DNA of 64,000 nt from Candidatus Saccharimonadia bacterium (GTDB lineage Bacteria; Patescibacteriota; Saccharimonadia; UBA4664). A program made the translations under genes and the position numbers. The DNA is taken from positions 70,147 through 134,146 of the forward strand of contig JBGTMQ010000019.1 of the NCBI GenBank assembly GCA_041743505.1, written 5' to 3'. Position 1 is the stretch's first letter; the number at the start of each line of letters is the position of its first letter. Positions 27,386 to 37,253 of the stretch are shown one piece after another. The notes under the pieces are model-generated. The model was not told the origin of the DNA. It saw only the letters and a program-made list of their open reading frames with translations, and ran no database searches.

Positions 27386-27745
27386 TTGCGCAACCGATTG
27401 CGCAGGCTGTTCGGTGGAGGAGCCATGGTCATCACTATCGTGATGGCGATGCTCCTCGCGAGCACCGGTGCTGCACATGCAGCCACCGTGCGGCCAGGCG
27501 CAGGGCCTTTTCAGGTCGACGTGATGCTCGACGAGTACGAGACCGAGCAGGCACGCCGGTCGTACTGGGCCGCAAGTGTGATCTGTTGGGACGCGGGCAT
27601 CACCGGCAAGCTCCTGTCATTTGGAGCGTGCCAGAGCATGGTGACTGTCTGTGCTGCGCGTGCGTTCTATGTCAGGCCACCCTTAAGGCGTATGCGTGCT
27701 GGTATCACGTTCGCGCCCGGTACTGCTTGGTGTTGGAAATACTAA
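27386..27745 (+). CDS. small secreted 4-Cys protein (TTG start)
   Basis: GAGGAG RBS 8 nt before TTG 27386; signal peptide ...AAHAATV; Trp- and Cys-containing mature region. Confidence 0.4.
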   Translation: MRNRLRRLFGGGAMVITIVMAMLLASTGAAHAATVRPGAGPFQVDVMLDEYETEQARRSYWAASVICWDAGITGKLLSFGACQSMVTVCAARAFYVRPPLRRMRAGITFAPGTAWCWKY

Positions 27746-27868
27746 CCTGAGCTAGCCCAGGCCGACGAGGGCTTCCTTCACCCCATCCTATACCCAGCTC
27801 TTATCTACGAGAGCTGGGTATAGGACAAACTAGCCATTATATAAACCGTGACATTGCCAGTCGAGTAA

Positions 27869-28123
27869 CTAATCTTTGTAACCCTTACCCAACATTTTGG
27901 CTCGGCGCAGCATATCAATGATTGTCTTATGGCCTGCTGGTGGCTCGTCTTTCGCGATAATAAATCCAAACTTGGTAATTGCTAAGCCAACTAATAATAA
28001 AACAACCCCCATAAGGATGTTGCTTGTTGGCGGAAAAAGCGAAGCGAAACCCACAGCTACAAGAAATAAGCCGAGCGCTACAATAAAAGTGCCACCAAAA
28101 AATCGTACATTAAATATCTTCAT
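27869..28123 (-). CDS. small 2-TM membrane protein
   Basis: 84-aa ORF from MKIF; two hydrophobic helices. Confidence 0.4.
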   Translation of the reverse strand: MKIFNVRFFGGTFIVALGLFLVAVGFASLFPPTSNILMGVVLLLVGLAITKFGFIIAKDEPPAGHKTIIDMLRRAKMLGKGYKD

Positions 28124-28400
28124 ATTTGTATAGTATAGGTTTCTATCGAAGGTTGTAAAATTACACCGTCGAAAAATAGAAGACCACCCTGGCAAAGGAG
28201 GCAGTTAGTCTTTAATGGCTGAGTCATTGCAAGGTAGCAAGCAGTAAGTTAACTGTGGCGTATTCTCAAGCATCAACCACTTTGACCGAGTCGAGTATTG
28301 CTAAGTCGCCTTCAAGTACTCATAAGCCTTGACAGGGCATTTTACTGGTTCTAACCTCCTTTTACCATCCGTTCCTCTATAATTTAAGGGGTGTAGATAA

Positions 28401-28781
28401 GTGTCTACGGCAGTCATGAAACGACTGACGAATGCTGGCTTGCTTCTTGCGATGGTTTTAGTGTTCGCTTTTGGGATGAATCCTCTGCCTGCATCTGCCT
28501 CGTCTATGTATGAGGTAAATGTTGCCCAAGCTTGTCGGCAACAGTACGCTGGCAAGGGAGCAATGGCCTGGTACTGGAACCCATACGATGCTGGTTCGTG
28601 GTTCTGCTGGAACATTCCTGGAGGGAGCTTCGTTCCGCCCAACGCTAACTGGGAAATTCTGGGCGGTGTGGATCTTCATGCGTGGTGCAGCAATACCTAC
28701 CCAGGTACTCGGGCTGTGGTTGTGGGGCCTTATGGTTACCAGCAACCGTTGGCATCTCGCTGGCGGTGCTTACAAAGTTAG
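28401..28781 (+). CDS. small secreted 4-Cys protein (GTG start)
   Basis: AAGGGG RBS before GTG 28401; signal peptide ...PASASSM; 4 Cys; Trp-rich. Loose similarity to 27386..27745. Confidence 0.45.
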   Translation: MSTAVMKRLTNAGLLLAMVLVFAFGMNPLPASASSMYEVNVAQACRQQYAGKGAMAWYWNPYDAGSWFCWNIPGGSFVPPNANWEILGGVDLHAWCSNTYPGTRAVVVGPYGYQQPLASRWRCLQS

Positions 28782-28851
28782 TGTTTGCTGGGGAGTAGTA
28801 TCACACTCCCCAGCAAAGTTTATCTGAAATTTATTAAAGGGTAATAGTATC

Positions 28852-29265
28852 TTGAGGCTGTTTAATTTCATTGATGGTGAGTGGTCATGGAAGATATGGA
28901 CTGTTTTATTGATATTGAGTTATTTCTATATTTTTGCTTTTGAGCTAGTATTTGCTGCGGTGAGCTCATCAGCTCCAAGGTATGTTGAGCTTATTCCGGC
29001 ACTTTTTGCATTGATTCTTGCGGGGCGCTTACTCGTAGTACGAGGAGCTCATAACTTGACAATTTTCAGCGGTAAGCAAAAATTAGTTCGCATAGTGGCA
29101 TTGGGTGTGGCAATGTGGTTGGGCTTTATGCTTTTCTTACGTGTGGTTCTTATAACCCAACTACTGAGCGGTCGCCAGGGGCTGTATATGATGATACTTT
29201 GGAGTATCGCACTGGCAACGTTCTTTTATACCTACGAGAAGCGACTTAGCAACCACCATACCTAA
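28852..29265 (+). CDS. 4-TM membrane protein (TTG start)
   Basis: 137-aa hydrophobic ORF directly after the secreted protein. Confidence 0.4.
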   Translation: MRLFNFIDGEWSWKIWTVLLILSYFYIFAFELVFAAVSSSAPRYVELIPALFALILAGRLLVVRGAHNLTIFSGKQKLVRIVALGVAMWLGFMLFLRVVLITQLLSGRQGLYMMILWSIALATFFYTYEKRLSNHHT

Positions 29266-29376
29266 CATGTTGACGATGTTTGAAGAAGTGGTGCGTGTTG
29301 CGATGCATGATGCATTCTGACGCATGCCCAGAACCACCTGCGCTTTCATTCGCCTCGTCTCTGTTACAATTTATCC

Positions 29377-29937
29377 ATGATTGCCACATTACTAGGTGAA
29401 ATCACCGAAAAGCTGCCCGATAGCCTCGTTTTGGAGGCCGCCGGCGTGGGCTATGAGCTGTTCGTCGCCGTCGATACCTGGGGCGGCGCCAAGGTCGGCG
29501 AGGAAGCCCGCTTCTACATCTATGAGCAAATCCGCGAGGACGCCCACAATTTGTATGGTTTCCGTGAGCTCACCTCACGCCAGTTATTCGTCCAACTCCT
29601 GGGGGTCAATGGCGTTGGCCCCAAGCTAGCCATGCAAATTCTCAGCTCCGCCGGCGAGACGCGCTTACGCCAGGCCATTGCCAGCGGCGACCCCGCCTTG
29701 CTCAAAGGCGTCTCCGGTGTCGGCACTAAAACCGCCCAACGCGTCATCCTGGATCTGCGCGGCAAAGTCGAAGAAGGCGCCGCCGGCCTGGCGCCGGTAG
29801 CCGACAGCACCTATCAAGCCCTCGTCGCCCTTGGCTACACGCCCGCCCAAGCCACCGCCGCCGTTAACGCCCTGCCCGACGACGTCACCGACGAGCAGGA
29901 GCGCGTCAAGCTGGCATTGAAAGGAGCGGGCAAGTGA
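29377..29937 (+). CDS. ruvA: Holliday junction DNA helicase RuvA
   Basis: MIATLLGEI...GVGYELFV N-terminal OB domain, HhH motifs (LQLLGVNGVGPKLA), C-terminal domain III. Confidence 0.9.
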   Translation: MIATLLGEITEKLPDSLVLEAAGVGYELFVAVDTWGGAKVGEEARFYIYEQIREDAHNLYGFRELTSRQLFVQLLGVNGVGPKLAMQILSSAGETRLRQAIASGDPALLKGVSGVGTKTAQRVILDLRGKVEEGAAGLAPVADSTYQALVALGYTPAQATAAVNALPDDVTDEQERVKLALKGAGK

Positions 29938-30003
29938 CAGCCATCATACATAATTTAATAACGACACCAAAAAACCTCCAGTAATACTGAAGGTAAAAAT
30001 ATT

Positions 30004-30036
30004 AGTGTGGGACGGTCAATACAACCGTCCCACACT
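30004..30036. terminator. bidirectional terminator hairpin
   Basis: agtgtgggacgg-tcaatacaa-ccgtcccacact has a perfect 12-bp stem and T-run on the minus strand. It separates ruvA (plus) from minus gene 30053..30337. Confidence 0.6.
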
Positions 30037-30052
30037 ATAAACAAACCTGAGA

Positions 30053-30337
30053 TCAAGCCAGCCGCCGCATAACCACCGCGGCGAATACTTCTTTGACGCC
30101 TTGGTGCGCGGCCGGGTAAGTACGACCGTTGCCGTCCGTCCGGGTATCAGTGAACAACGGCTCCGCAACTTCAAATCCGTCAGAATCGCGGGGGTCAGTG
30201 TCCAACACCATGGCGATATTCAGCGCTGCCAGCTGGCCATCGCTGAGTTTACCAGCCACATGGCTAACGAGCAGCGCAAGCTCCCGCCCTGGGTTCAGTT
30301 CGGGGCTCGGTGCAGGATTACTCATGTCATTCTCCAA
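30053..30337 (-). CDS. hypothetical small acidic protein
   Basis: 94-aa ORF, no motif. Confidence 0.4.
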   Translation of the reverse strand: MENDMSNPAPSPELNPGRELALLVSHVAGKLSDGQLAALNIAMVLDTDPRDSDGFEVAEPLFTDTRTDGNGRTYPAAHQGVKEVFAAVVMRRLA

Positions 30338-30450
30338 TCGAGAAGATCAACAGGATATCTAAATAATAACACATATTGCTAAAAAATGCAAATTTTACGC
30401 TATTACCATCCTCCCCATGTGTGACCAAAGCAAAGAACGAGCTACAATAC

Positions 30451-30480
30451 TTGACAAAAGCCAGAAAAGAGTGCTATAAT
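30451..30480 (+). promoter_or_regulatory. perfect-hexamer sigma70 promoter (TTGACA-N18-TATAAT)
   Basis: TTGACA at 30451..30456 and TATAAT at 30475..30480, upstream of ATG 30523 (RBS AGGAG). Confidence 0.6.
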
Positions 30481-30522
30481 AGTAGATATTGTACCTTAAT
30501 TCAACGAGCGACTAGGAGTGTC

Positions 30523-31023
30523 ATGACTGGCACGCTAACCCACTACAATAACCTCGTGTACGGCGACCTATTCACAACGGTGCCCGAGGACGGCCAACCG
30601 GCTTCGGGCAAACAATACCTCCGGCTCGCGCCATACCATATCGTTGACATCCAGAGCGGCCATGTCTACGAAATGTTCTGGCCTGCGCCTGTCATGCTTC
30701 TCGAGCAGGTAAAGCCAGAGGCCCAGTCGCGCCGCCTAGGAGCGCCCGGGCGCCGTCAGCGCGACATTCTTCGTATCGTGGCAGCGTCACCGGGCCGGGC
30801 CATCGCTCTGAATATCATCAGGGACTTTGTACGGCACGATCTGCCGTACTTTCGCCCCGACCAGGCCTTCCGGACCAATCTGGACCAACTGATGCTACTC
30901 GGGCTCATTGAACCGGCACGGGCAGAGGTCCACGCCTCCCATTCAATCCACTGGGTTGCTGGTTTCCAGGCCACCGGCGCCGGCCTGTTGCAAAACCTCC
31001 GCTGGGGTCCGCGTCAACGCTGA
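30523..31023 (+). CDS. hypothetical protein (possible winged-helix regulator)
   Basis: 166 aa; RBS AGGAG; [24 protein letters not shown] resembles an HTH/wHTH segment. Confidence 0.4.
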   Translation: MTGTLTHYNNLVYGDLFTTVPEDGQPASGKQYLRLAPYHIVDIQSGHVYEMFWPAPVMLLEQVKPEAQSRRLGAPGRRQRDILRIVAASPGRAIALNIIRDFVRHDLPYFRPDQAFRTNLDQLMLLGLIEPARAEVHASHSIHWVAGFQATGAGLLQNLRWGPRQR

Positions 31024-31115
31024 TCCTCTTGGAAACTGTGGCCCAGCTGCTTTGGAAACGACAACTTGTCGTCCGGGCGGCTGGGCCCTTTCTATCTGAA
31101 TGCTACAATAGCCCT

Positions 31116-32129
31116 ATGATTGAACGCATCGTCAACCCGGAAGCCGACACCGAAACCGACGCCGCCACTGAGCAGGTTCTCGAGACGATCCGGCCTAAAA
31201 GCTTTGCGTCCTACGTCGGCCAACCGTTGCTCAAGCAAAACCTGGCGCTCGCCATCGATGCGGCCAAAGTCCGCGCCGAGCCCGTCGATCACATCCTGCT
31301 CTACGGCCCGCCCGGCCTCGGCAAAACCACCATGGCCGGCGTCATTGCCCACGAACTCAGCGCCAACATCCGCATCACCAGCGGGCCGGCCATCGAGCGC
31401 GCCGGCGACCTCGCCAGCCTGCTCACCAATCTGGCCGACGGCGACGTCCTGTTCATCGACGAAATCCACCGCCTACCCAAAACCGTCGAGGAGGTACTCT
31501 ACCCGGCCATGGAAGACTTTGGCCTCGACGTCATGCTCGGTAAAGGTCCATCCGCCAAATCCATCCGTCTCGACCTGCCAAAATTCACCATCATCGGCGC
31601 CACTACCCGTGCCGGCGCCCTCAGCGCGCCCCTCCGCGACCGCTTCGGCCACATCCACAAGCTCGAATTCTACTCCACCGACGAAATGATCGAAATTATC
31701 GAGCGCACCGCCAAAATCCTCAATGTGGCCATCGACCGCGAAGCCTCCGGCGAAATCGCCCAACGCGCGCGTCTGACCCCGCGCATTGCCAACCGCCTCC
31801 TCAAACGCGTCCGCGATTACGCCCAAGTTAAACAAGTCGACACTGTTACCCGTAAGTCCGCCCGCGACGCCCTGCATCTTCTCGAAATCGACGAGCTCGG
31901 TCTCGACACCTCAGACCGCAAATTACTCCAAGCCATCATCGACAACTATGGCGGCGGGCCGGTCGGCGTCGAAACCCTGGCCGCTATCTGCGCCGAAGAA
32001 CGCGCTACCATCGAGGACGTCTACGAACCATACCTCATGCAAATCGGCCTGCTCGAACGCACCGTGCGCGGCCGCAAAGTCACCCTTAAGGCCTACTCAC
32101 ACCTTGGTGTCACACCTCCAGCTATGTAA
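31116..32129 (+). CDS. ruvB: Holliday junction branch-migration ATPase RuvB
   Basis: Walker [13 protein letters not shown], Walker [11 protein letters not shown], sensor and arginine-finger regions. Confidence 0.9.
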   Translation: MIERIVNPEADTETDAATEQVLETIRPKSFASYVGQPLLKQNLALAIDAAKVRAEPVDHILLYGPPGLGKTTMAGVIAHELSANIRITSGPAIERAGDLASLLTNLADGDVLFIDEIHRLPKTVEEVLYPAMEDFGLDVMLGKGPSAKSIRLDLPKFTIIGATTRAGALSAPLRDRFGHIHKLEFYSTDEMIEIIERTAKILNVAIDREASGEIAQRARLTPRIANRLLKRVRDYAQVKQVDTVTRKSARDALHLLEIDELGLDTSDRKLLQAIIDNYGGGPVGVETLAAICAEERATIEDVYEPYLMQIGLLERTVRGRKVTLKAYSHLGVTPPAM

Positions 32130-32301
32130 TCAGGCTACATCCTAAGTTTCGCTGCAACCGCAGAACATGATTATTCCTGTCCGGCCAAAATCAAAAATAT
32201 GCCCCTTAAGCCTATGGCCGGAGTCAGAATCTATTGACACAATGACATATTAGTGCCAGTATATGCACGTCCAATGCTCTTTGACCAGATAAGGATCTTC
32301 C

Positions 32302-32703
32302 ATGAGGCTAGCAACGACCTTTGCAGGCACCATTCTCGCAATGTGCCTGCTCGGCAGCTGTTCAGGTGGCGGCAACATCGCCGCCCAGGTAACCGGCCCG
32401 CTCATCTGCCAGCAACTCAACAACTCGCTGACTCAGCAGGCACTCGCACTCGCGATCCAACACACCATGGTTGGCCAGGCCACGCCGGCCGATCTTGCTA
32501 CCATCATGACCTCAGCTGCCAGCCTCCGCGTAATGGCGGGACAAGCCGGCGAACCGCTCAAGTCCCGGCTCACAGACGCGGCCACTGCCGCCGAAGGGGT
32601 AGGCGATGGCCAAGTCACACCCGGGGACACTCAAGCTGTAGCTGACGCGTTCACCAGGCTCGGAGAGGAGGTCGGCAAGACATGCAATCCGCCCGTTCGA
32701 TAG
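32302..32703 (+). CDS. putative lipoprotein
   Basis: signal peptide with lipobox-like LLGSC; Ala/Thr-rich mature part. Confidence 0.45.
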   Translation: MRLATTFAGTILAMCLLGSCSGGGNIAAQVTGPLICQQLNNSLTQQALALAIQHTMVGQATPADLATIMTSAASLRVMAGQAGEPLKSRLTDAATAAEGVGDGQVTPGDTQAVADAFTRLGEEVGKTCNPPVR

Positions 32704-33914
32704 CGCGCCACGCATCTCTCCTAGTGGCTACCGTCCTGTCCATGCTAGGATTGGCGGTTCCAGCCCAGGCCGGACCAGACACCACGCTCTGTCGCTCTAG
32801 TACCACCCGGGCCACCATCCCGGACACGTTCCCACTGCAAGCCTGTTTCGACGGCAACAAGCTGGTAGTCGTCAACCCGCTCGGCTTCCCCGTTATCGTG
32901 AGCGTTACAGGCAACGGCGTTGGCCAAGCGGTGCGTGTTCCCAAGCTCGGCGGCACCATACCAAGCGCCGTTCTATCCATCCTTGGCCCACACACGCCCA
33001 ACCTGGTGCCACCCGGTTACCAAATCGCAGTCCCCATCGGGGCCGGCGAGGCCAAAGTGTCGCTTTCGACCACCCCGGACCTAACCAGGGGCTATGCCGT
33101 CATCAAGATCATCTGGAATTACTTGCCGGTAGGTGAAAGCGCCAAGGCTATTGCTGATCTGGTCAGTGAGTTAACCGACGTCAGCGAGCAACACACCAAC
33201 TGCCGCAACACCAACAACAACTGGGGCGACATTGGTTGCGATGCGCTGCTCTACCGCAACATCACCTTCGCCGTGGCACGAGCCGGCATACAAGGCGGCG
33301 TCGCCGGATCCTTGAAGACCCTGATCGACTCGGCCGCCTGGTCCAACGCGGCCACTCAAGACGCACTCAAGGCCCGAAACGGTGTATCGGCATTCACCAT
33401 CAAGGCTGCTCCCGCGCCTCAGGCACCCAAGCTGCCACCGGCCCAAAGCAACCAACCGCCGCCCAGCAATCTGCCCGTGGTAACCAACAACCCGCCGTCA
33501 CCGGCGCCGAACCACACTCAACCGCTTCCGCCGCCACCAGTTACTGCACCGGCGCCAACACCGCCGTCACGCACGATAACCGTCCAAAATAAGTACCTGG
33601 TGGGCGCCAGCGGCATGGCCGAAGATAGCATCCCGGCTTATTTGTCATCACGGATGGAGCCCAGGTGCCGGGTCAACGGATGCATGCTCGACGGCACCGA
33701 AATGGCTTCCGGTGACACCATCACGGTCACATGCTACGCGCACGGCGCCGCGATGACCAATCAGAACCAATCCATCTCAGATGATGACAACAACCCCAAC
33801 CGGGCCGACTCATCGCTCTGGTATTACGGTACCCGTAGCGGTCAGCGCGGCTTCATCTCGGAGGTCTACATCACATCCCAGCACCGTGGCGGCCTCGGCC
33901 TCCCCGTCTGCTAA
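32682..33914 (+). CDS. secreted protein with proline-rich linker and Cys-containing C-terminal domain
   Basis: signal peptide ...AVPAQAG. PAPQAPKLPPAQSNQPPPSNLPVVTNNPPSPAPNHTQPLPPPPVTAPAPTPP linker. Start overlaps the upstream lipoprotein gene by 22 nt. Confidence 0.5.
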   Translation: MQSARSIARHASLLVATVLSMLGLAVPAQAGPDTTLCRSSTTRATIPDTFPLQACFDGNKLVVVNPLGFPVIVSVTGNGVGQAVRVPKLGGTIPSAVLSILGPHTPNLVPPGYQIAVPIGAGEAKVSLSTTPDLTRGYAVIKIIWNYLPVGESAKAIADLVSELTDVSEQHTNCRNTNNNWGDIGCDALLYRNITFAVARAGIQGGVAGSLKTLIDSAAWSNAATQDALKARNGVSAFTIKAAPAPQAPKLPPAQSNQPPPSNLPVVTNNPPSPAPNHTQPLPPPPVTAPAPTPPSRTITVQNKYLVGASGMAEDSIPAYLSSRMEPRCRVNGCMLDGTEMASGDTITVTCYAHGAAMTNQNQSISDDDNNPNRADSSLWYYGTRSGQRGFISEVYITSQHRGGLGLPVC

Positions 33915-34032
33915 TAGTTACCAAATTTTCATCGCTGCGGGAGTTCACCCCGAACCCGGCCGGGGAGTGCATTGTATTCCCCGGCCGTATATATAAAAAA
34001 GCCCCGCTGGATGCGAGGCTTGAAAGATCGTG

Positions 34033-34485
34033 TCAGCCGAAGAGGGCAGGCCGGACTAGGACATTAGCGTCAGGAAACTGCTCCCGGCACTGGACAACCG
34101 TGTCCGAACAATCTGACTTGAGAGCATGCAGCCCATCTGAGCGACGGTCGGTTCTAAAACGAAGCCAAAGCCCTTGGTCATCCCGTTGATAGACCACCTC
34201 ATAATATGGTGGCCTCATCACTGAATCCAGCATGGCGTAGTAGACCACGAAGGTTTCGTAACCACCATCCGCCGCCTGGTTAGAGCGGGTATAGATTAGA
34301 CCACAAACCGCCGGCCTCGTCACTCCGAAGGCTTCACCATCAACGAGCATGAAATCGCGCGAAACCAGGTACTCGTTGATGCGGACGGCCGCCGGATAGT
34401 CGTGCACCCAGGCCTGGGTACGGTCAACATTCCAGAATACTCCCTCACCGGTAAAGCCGGTTGCGAGTTGGTCTCCAGGATTCAC
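34033..34485 (-). CDS. hypothetical protein
   Basis: 150-aa ORF followed (minus strand) by a hairpin plus T-run near 33995..34025. Confidence 0.4.
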   Translation of the reverse strand: MNPGDQLATGFTGEGVFWNVDRTQAWVHDYPAAVRINEYLVSRDFMLVDGEAFGVTRPAVCGLIYTRSNQAADGGYETFVVYYAMLDSVMRPPYYEVVYQRDDQGLWLRFRTDRRSDGLHALKSDCSDTVVQCREQFPDANVLVRPALFG

Positions 34486-34597
34486 GGATGCTCAGCTCCC
34501 TTAGTTGTGAACGATCGATCTTTAATTATAGCACAAATACTAATAATTGTCAATTAAAACTCATCGAAAAATCCCTAACGCGCTACAATAAGCCATA

Positions 34598-34783
34598 ATG
34601 AAACGCATCATCATCCCCAAATCCAAACTCGCCCGCCAGCTCGGCGAAGCCGCCCAACTCAAGGCCGAAGCCACCGAACTGCTCCGTCAACTTGAACAAC
34701 AGTACCTTGGTCAAACCGTTCAGAAACCAGGCGGTTGGCGGCAAGATCCACTCGGGTGGTCTAAACGTCAGCGCAAAAACTAA
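34598..34783 (+). CDS. hypothetical small basic protein
   Basis: 61-aa ORF, coiled-coil-like. Confidence 0.25.
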   Translation: MKRIIIPKSKLARQLGEAAQLKAEATELLRQLEQQYLGQTVQKPGGWRQDPLGWSKRQRKN

Positions 34784-35077
34784 CTACTGGCCGTCAAACG
34801 GATTGCTGGTGCCAATGGCCGTCGGCGCAACCTGGCCGGGCACCACTTGGAGGCTTTTGACGGTCTGGACGGCGGATTTATCAAACACGATTTTAGACTG
34901 CGCCGGAGTCACAGTAGTCTCTGCCGGCTTAGTGTTAAAGGCCGCATTAACCACCCAGCCGGTATAACCAAACAGCGCTACCAGCGACAGCCCGAGCACA
35001 GACGGCCCAAATTGCTTGAGTAGCTTGAGTAATCCGGCCTGGCTGAGATCAAGTTTTAAATTCATCTTCATGTTCAT
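34784..35077 (-). CDS. small membrane-anchored pilus assembly accessory protein (PilP-like position)
   Basis: last gene of the pilMNO operon; one N-terminal TM segment. Confidence 0.35.
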   Translation of the reverse strand: MNMKMNLKLDLSQAGLLKLLKQFGPSVLGLSLVALFGYTGWVVNAAFNTKPAETTVTPAQSKIVFDKSAVQTVKSLQVVPGQVAPTAIGTSNPFDGQ

Positions 35078-35079
35078 AA

Positions 35080-35634
35080 TTATGGCTTCACATAAGCGTT
35101 AACTGTCATGGCGTAAGTAATGGGCTTACCCTTACCGGTCGTCGTCACCGTCAAGGTCGTGACACTGGTAAACCGGCTCAGGTGCTCCACTTTGGCCAAG
35201 AAACTCTGTAACTGGCCATATGACCCTTGGACTTGAAAAGTAATAGGCAGAGCCAGGACGTTACCAGCGGCCACAGTTTGCGAGGTCGCCGTAGGCAAGC
35301 CAACCGGGCTGGTAAAGTTCACGTTGGATAACGCGAGACCACTGCCGCCGGCTATGGTTTGCAGCTGAGCCAATATAGCGGTCTGGTTCTTGGCTCGGGG
35401 CAGCGCGTCCTCAATCAACGGCAGGATCGGTTCAATCTCCCGGTTGTATTGGTTTTTAAGCCGGTTCAGGTACTGGATTTGCTCTTCGGCGCTGGCTTGC
35501 TCGGCCAATTGCACAGCTAGTTTATCGGTGGTCGCCTTCAAGTTGGTCAGCGCATAATAGTAACCAGCGCCACCCGCCACTACAAATGCGGTAATTGCTC
35601 CCAATAAAACATAGAAAAATTGCTTGGGTTTCAT
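35080..35634 (-). CDS. pilO: type IV pilus assembly protein PilO-like
   Basis: bitopic; N-terminal TM; coiled-coil then periplasmic domain; 4-nt overlap with pilN. Confidence 0.55.
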   Translation of the reverse strand: MKPKQFFYVLLGAITAFVVAGGAGYYYALTNLKATTDKLAVQLAEQASAEEQIQYLNRLKNQYNREIEPILPLIEDALPRAKNQTAILAQLQTIAGGSGLALSNVNFTSPVGLPTATSQTVAAGNVLALPITFQVQGSYGQLQSFLAKVEHLSRFTSVTTLTVTTTGKGKPITYAMTVNAYVKP

Positions 35635-36170
35635 CTGGCCTGCCCCGGCTTAAAGCCGATTACTACGCTGGACTGGAACGAGCTGGCGTTCTGGGCAATA
35701 TTCTCCAGGTCAACGCCACTAATTCGCGGCGAGTTAGCTGCAGCGTCCCGAAAGGCCAGCATGGAATTGTAGCTGTCGCCCGTAACGGTGACACGTACGG
35801 GCTTCGTGTCATCGCCGGTTAGCGTAATACTAACGATGGCCACGCCCTGAGGTAGCACCTTAGCCAGGTCATCCAGCAATAGCGAAAAGCGCGTCTGAGT
35901 ACTTTGGATCGTCTTAATTGCGGTCAACCGGTCCGCCGCTTCCCGCGACTTTTTAACGTTCGGCGCATGACTGGCAATTGTTTGTTGCTTATCGGCAACG
36001 TCACGGGTTAGCGCATTAGCCTGCTGCCCCAAAAAGTACAGTGTGACGCCAAATATCGCCGTCAGCACAATCAGCACTAGTACCAACATGCGCAGATAAC
36101 CCAGAACCCGGCGGTTAAGCTTGGCATAATGCATCTGCTCCTTGATGTCTGGCGACAAGAGGTTAATCAT
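35631..36170 (-). CDS. pilN: type IV pilus assembly protein PilN-like
   Basis: MINLLSPDIKEQ...RRVLGYL N-terminus (PilM-binding peptide) then TM; ATGA overlap with pilM. Confidence 0.6.
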   Translation of the reverse strand: MINLLSPDIKEQMHYAKLNRRVLGYLRMLVLVLIVLTAIFGVTLYFLGQQANALTRDVADKQQTIASHAPNVKKSREAADRLTAIKTIQSTQTRFSLLLDDLAKVLPQGVAIVSITLTGDDTKPVRVTVTGDSYNSMLAFRDAAANSPRISGVDLENIAQNASSFQSSVVIGFKPGQAR

Positions 36171-37219
36171 AACGTGCCCTCCAGCCGCGCCAACCCGATA
36201 GCGGTCGTGTACATGGGCGCCTCCAGTGCCGAGACATTCTGGATGTTTTTGAGCAGAAGACCCTCCCACGGCGCAGCAATATTAACCGGAATGCCAAGCT
36301 GTTGGCTCATGTATTCAACCAGCCCGGGCATACCGGCGCTACCACCGGCCAAAATAACTGTTTGAATCGGCCGCTTATCCGCGCCACGGTCAGCGTAGAA
36401 TTTCATCACCCGCTTCATCTCACTACAAATAGTATCAAGCTGAGGCTTCATCGCCGCCGTAATCTTAACCTGGAGTCCGGACGGGCCAATGCCGAACTTA
36501 AACTTAATTTCATTCGCTTGCTCGTGTTTAATCTCCAGCTCGTTCATCAGCTGAACGGTCAAGTTGTCTCCACCCAGCGCGATGGTGTCTGTCAGGCGGG
36601 TAACCCGGTCGTGCACGGCCAGGTCGATCGAGTTTGAGCCCATATCTGCCACCAGAGTCACCTTGTCCATGGGCTTGGCCGACAACAAAGCCCTCGTCAC
36701 GGCCGACAGGCTTGACTCAATAAACACGACCTCCAGGTTCATCAAGGAAAATAGCTTGATATAGCTGTCTACGATCGCCCGCGGTGCCGCCACCATCAGC
36801 ACCTGGAGATGCTCGGTTTGACGCTCGATGATCTCATAATCAATATACAAATCCGGCAAAGGCACCGGCACATACTGCTCGGCCTCCAGTTTGACCGCCG
36901 CGTCAAGGTCGGCCGTTTCCATCGGCGGTAGTTGCAACACCCGGGTAAATGTCTTGGCCACCGGCAAGGCCGTAGCCACTCGGGTAGCGGTAATGTGACC
37001 GTAACTCATTTGGGTCAATAGCGGCTTGAGCGCCTTAGCAATTTCCTGTGGGTCCACAATAATGCCCTCAACAATGGCATCATCGGGGAACATTGCATAA
37101 CCATAACCCAACACTTGCATTCCCTTGCTGGTGGGGCGCAATTGAATCATTTTAGCAGTCCGGGTACCAAGGTCAAACCCGAACAGCGGTTCATATTTGT
37201 AAACGAGGCGAACTTGCAT
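36167..37219 (-). CDS. pilM: type IV pilus assembly ATPase-fold protein PilM
   Basis: actin-like ASKHA fold signature FGFDLGTRTAKMIQL...; 350 aa. Confidence 0.8.
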   Translation of the reverse strand: MQVRLVYKYEPLFGFDLGTRTAKMIQLRPTSKGMQVLGYGYAMFPDDAIVEGIIVDPQEIAKALKPLLTQMSYGHITATRVATALPVAKTFTRVLQLPPMETADLDAAVKLEAEQYVPVPLPDLYIDYEIIERQTEHLQVLMVAAPRAIVDSYIKLFSLMNLEVVFIESSLSAVTRALLSAKPMDKVTLVADMGSNSIDLAVHDRVTRLTDTIALGGDNLTVQLMNELEIKHEQANEIKFKFGIGPSGLQVKITAAMKPQLDTICSEMKRVMKFYADRGADKRPIQTVILAGGSAGMPGLVEYMSQQLGIPVNIAAPWEGLLLKNIQNVSALEAPMYTTAIGLARLEGTL

Positions 37220-37253
37220 CTATATAACCATAACAATATTCATTTTAGCACGC

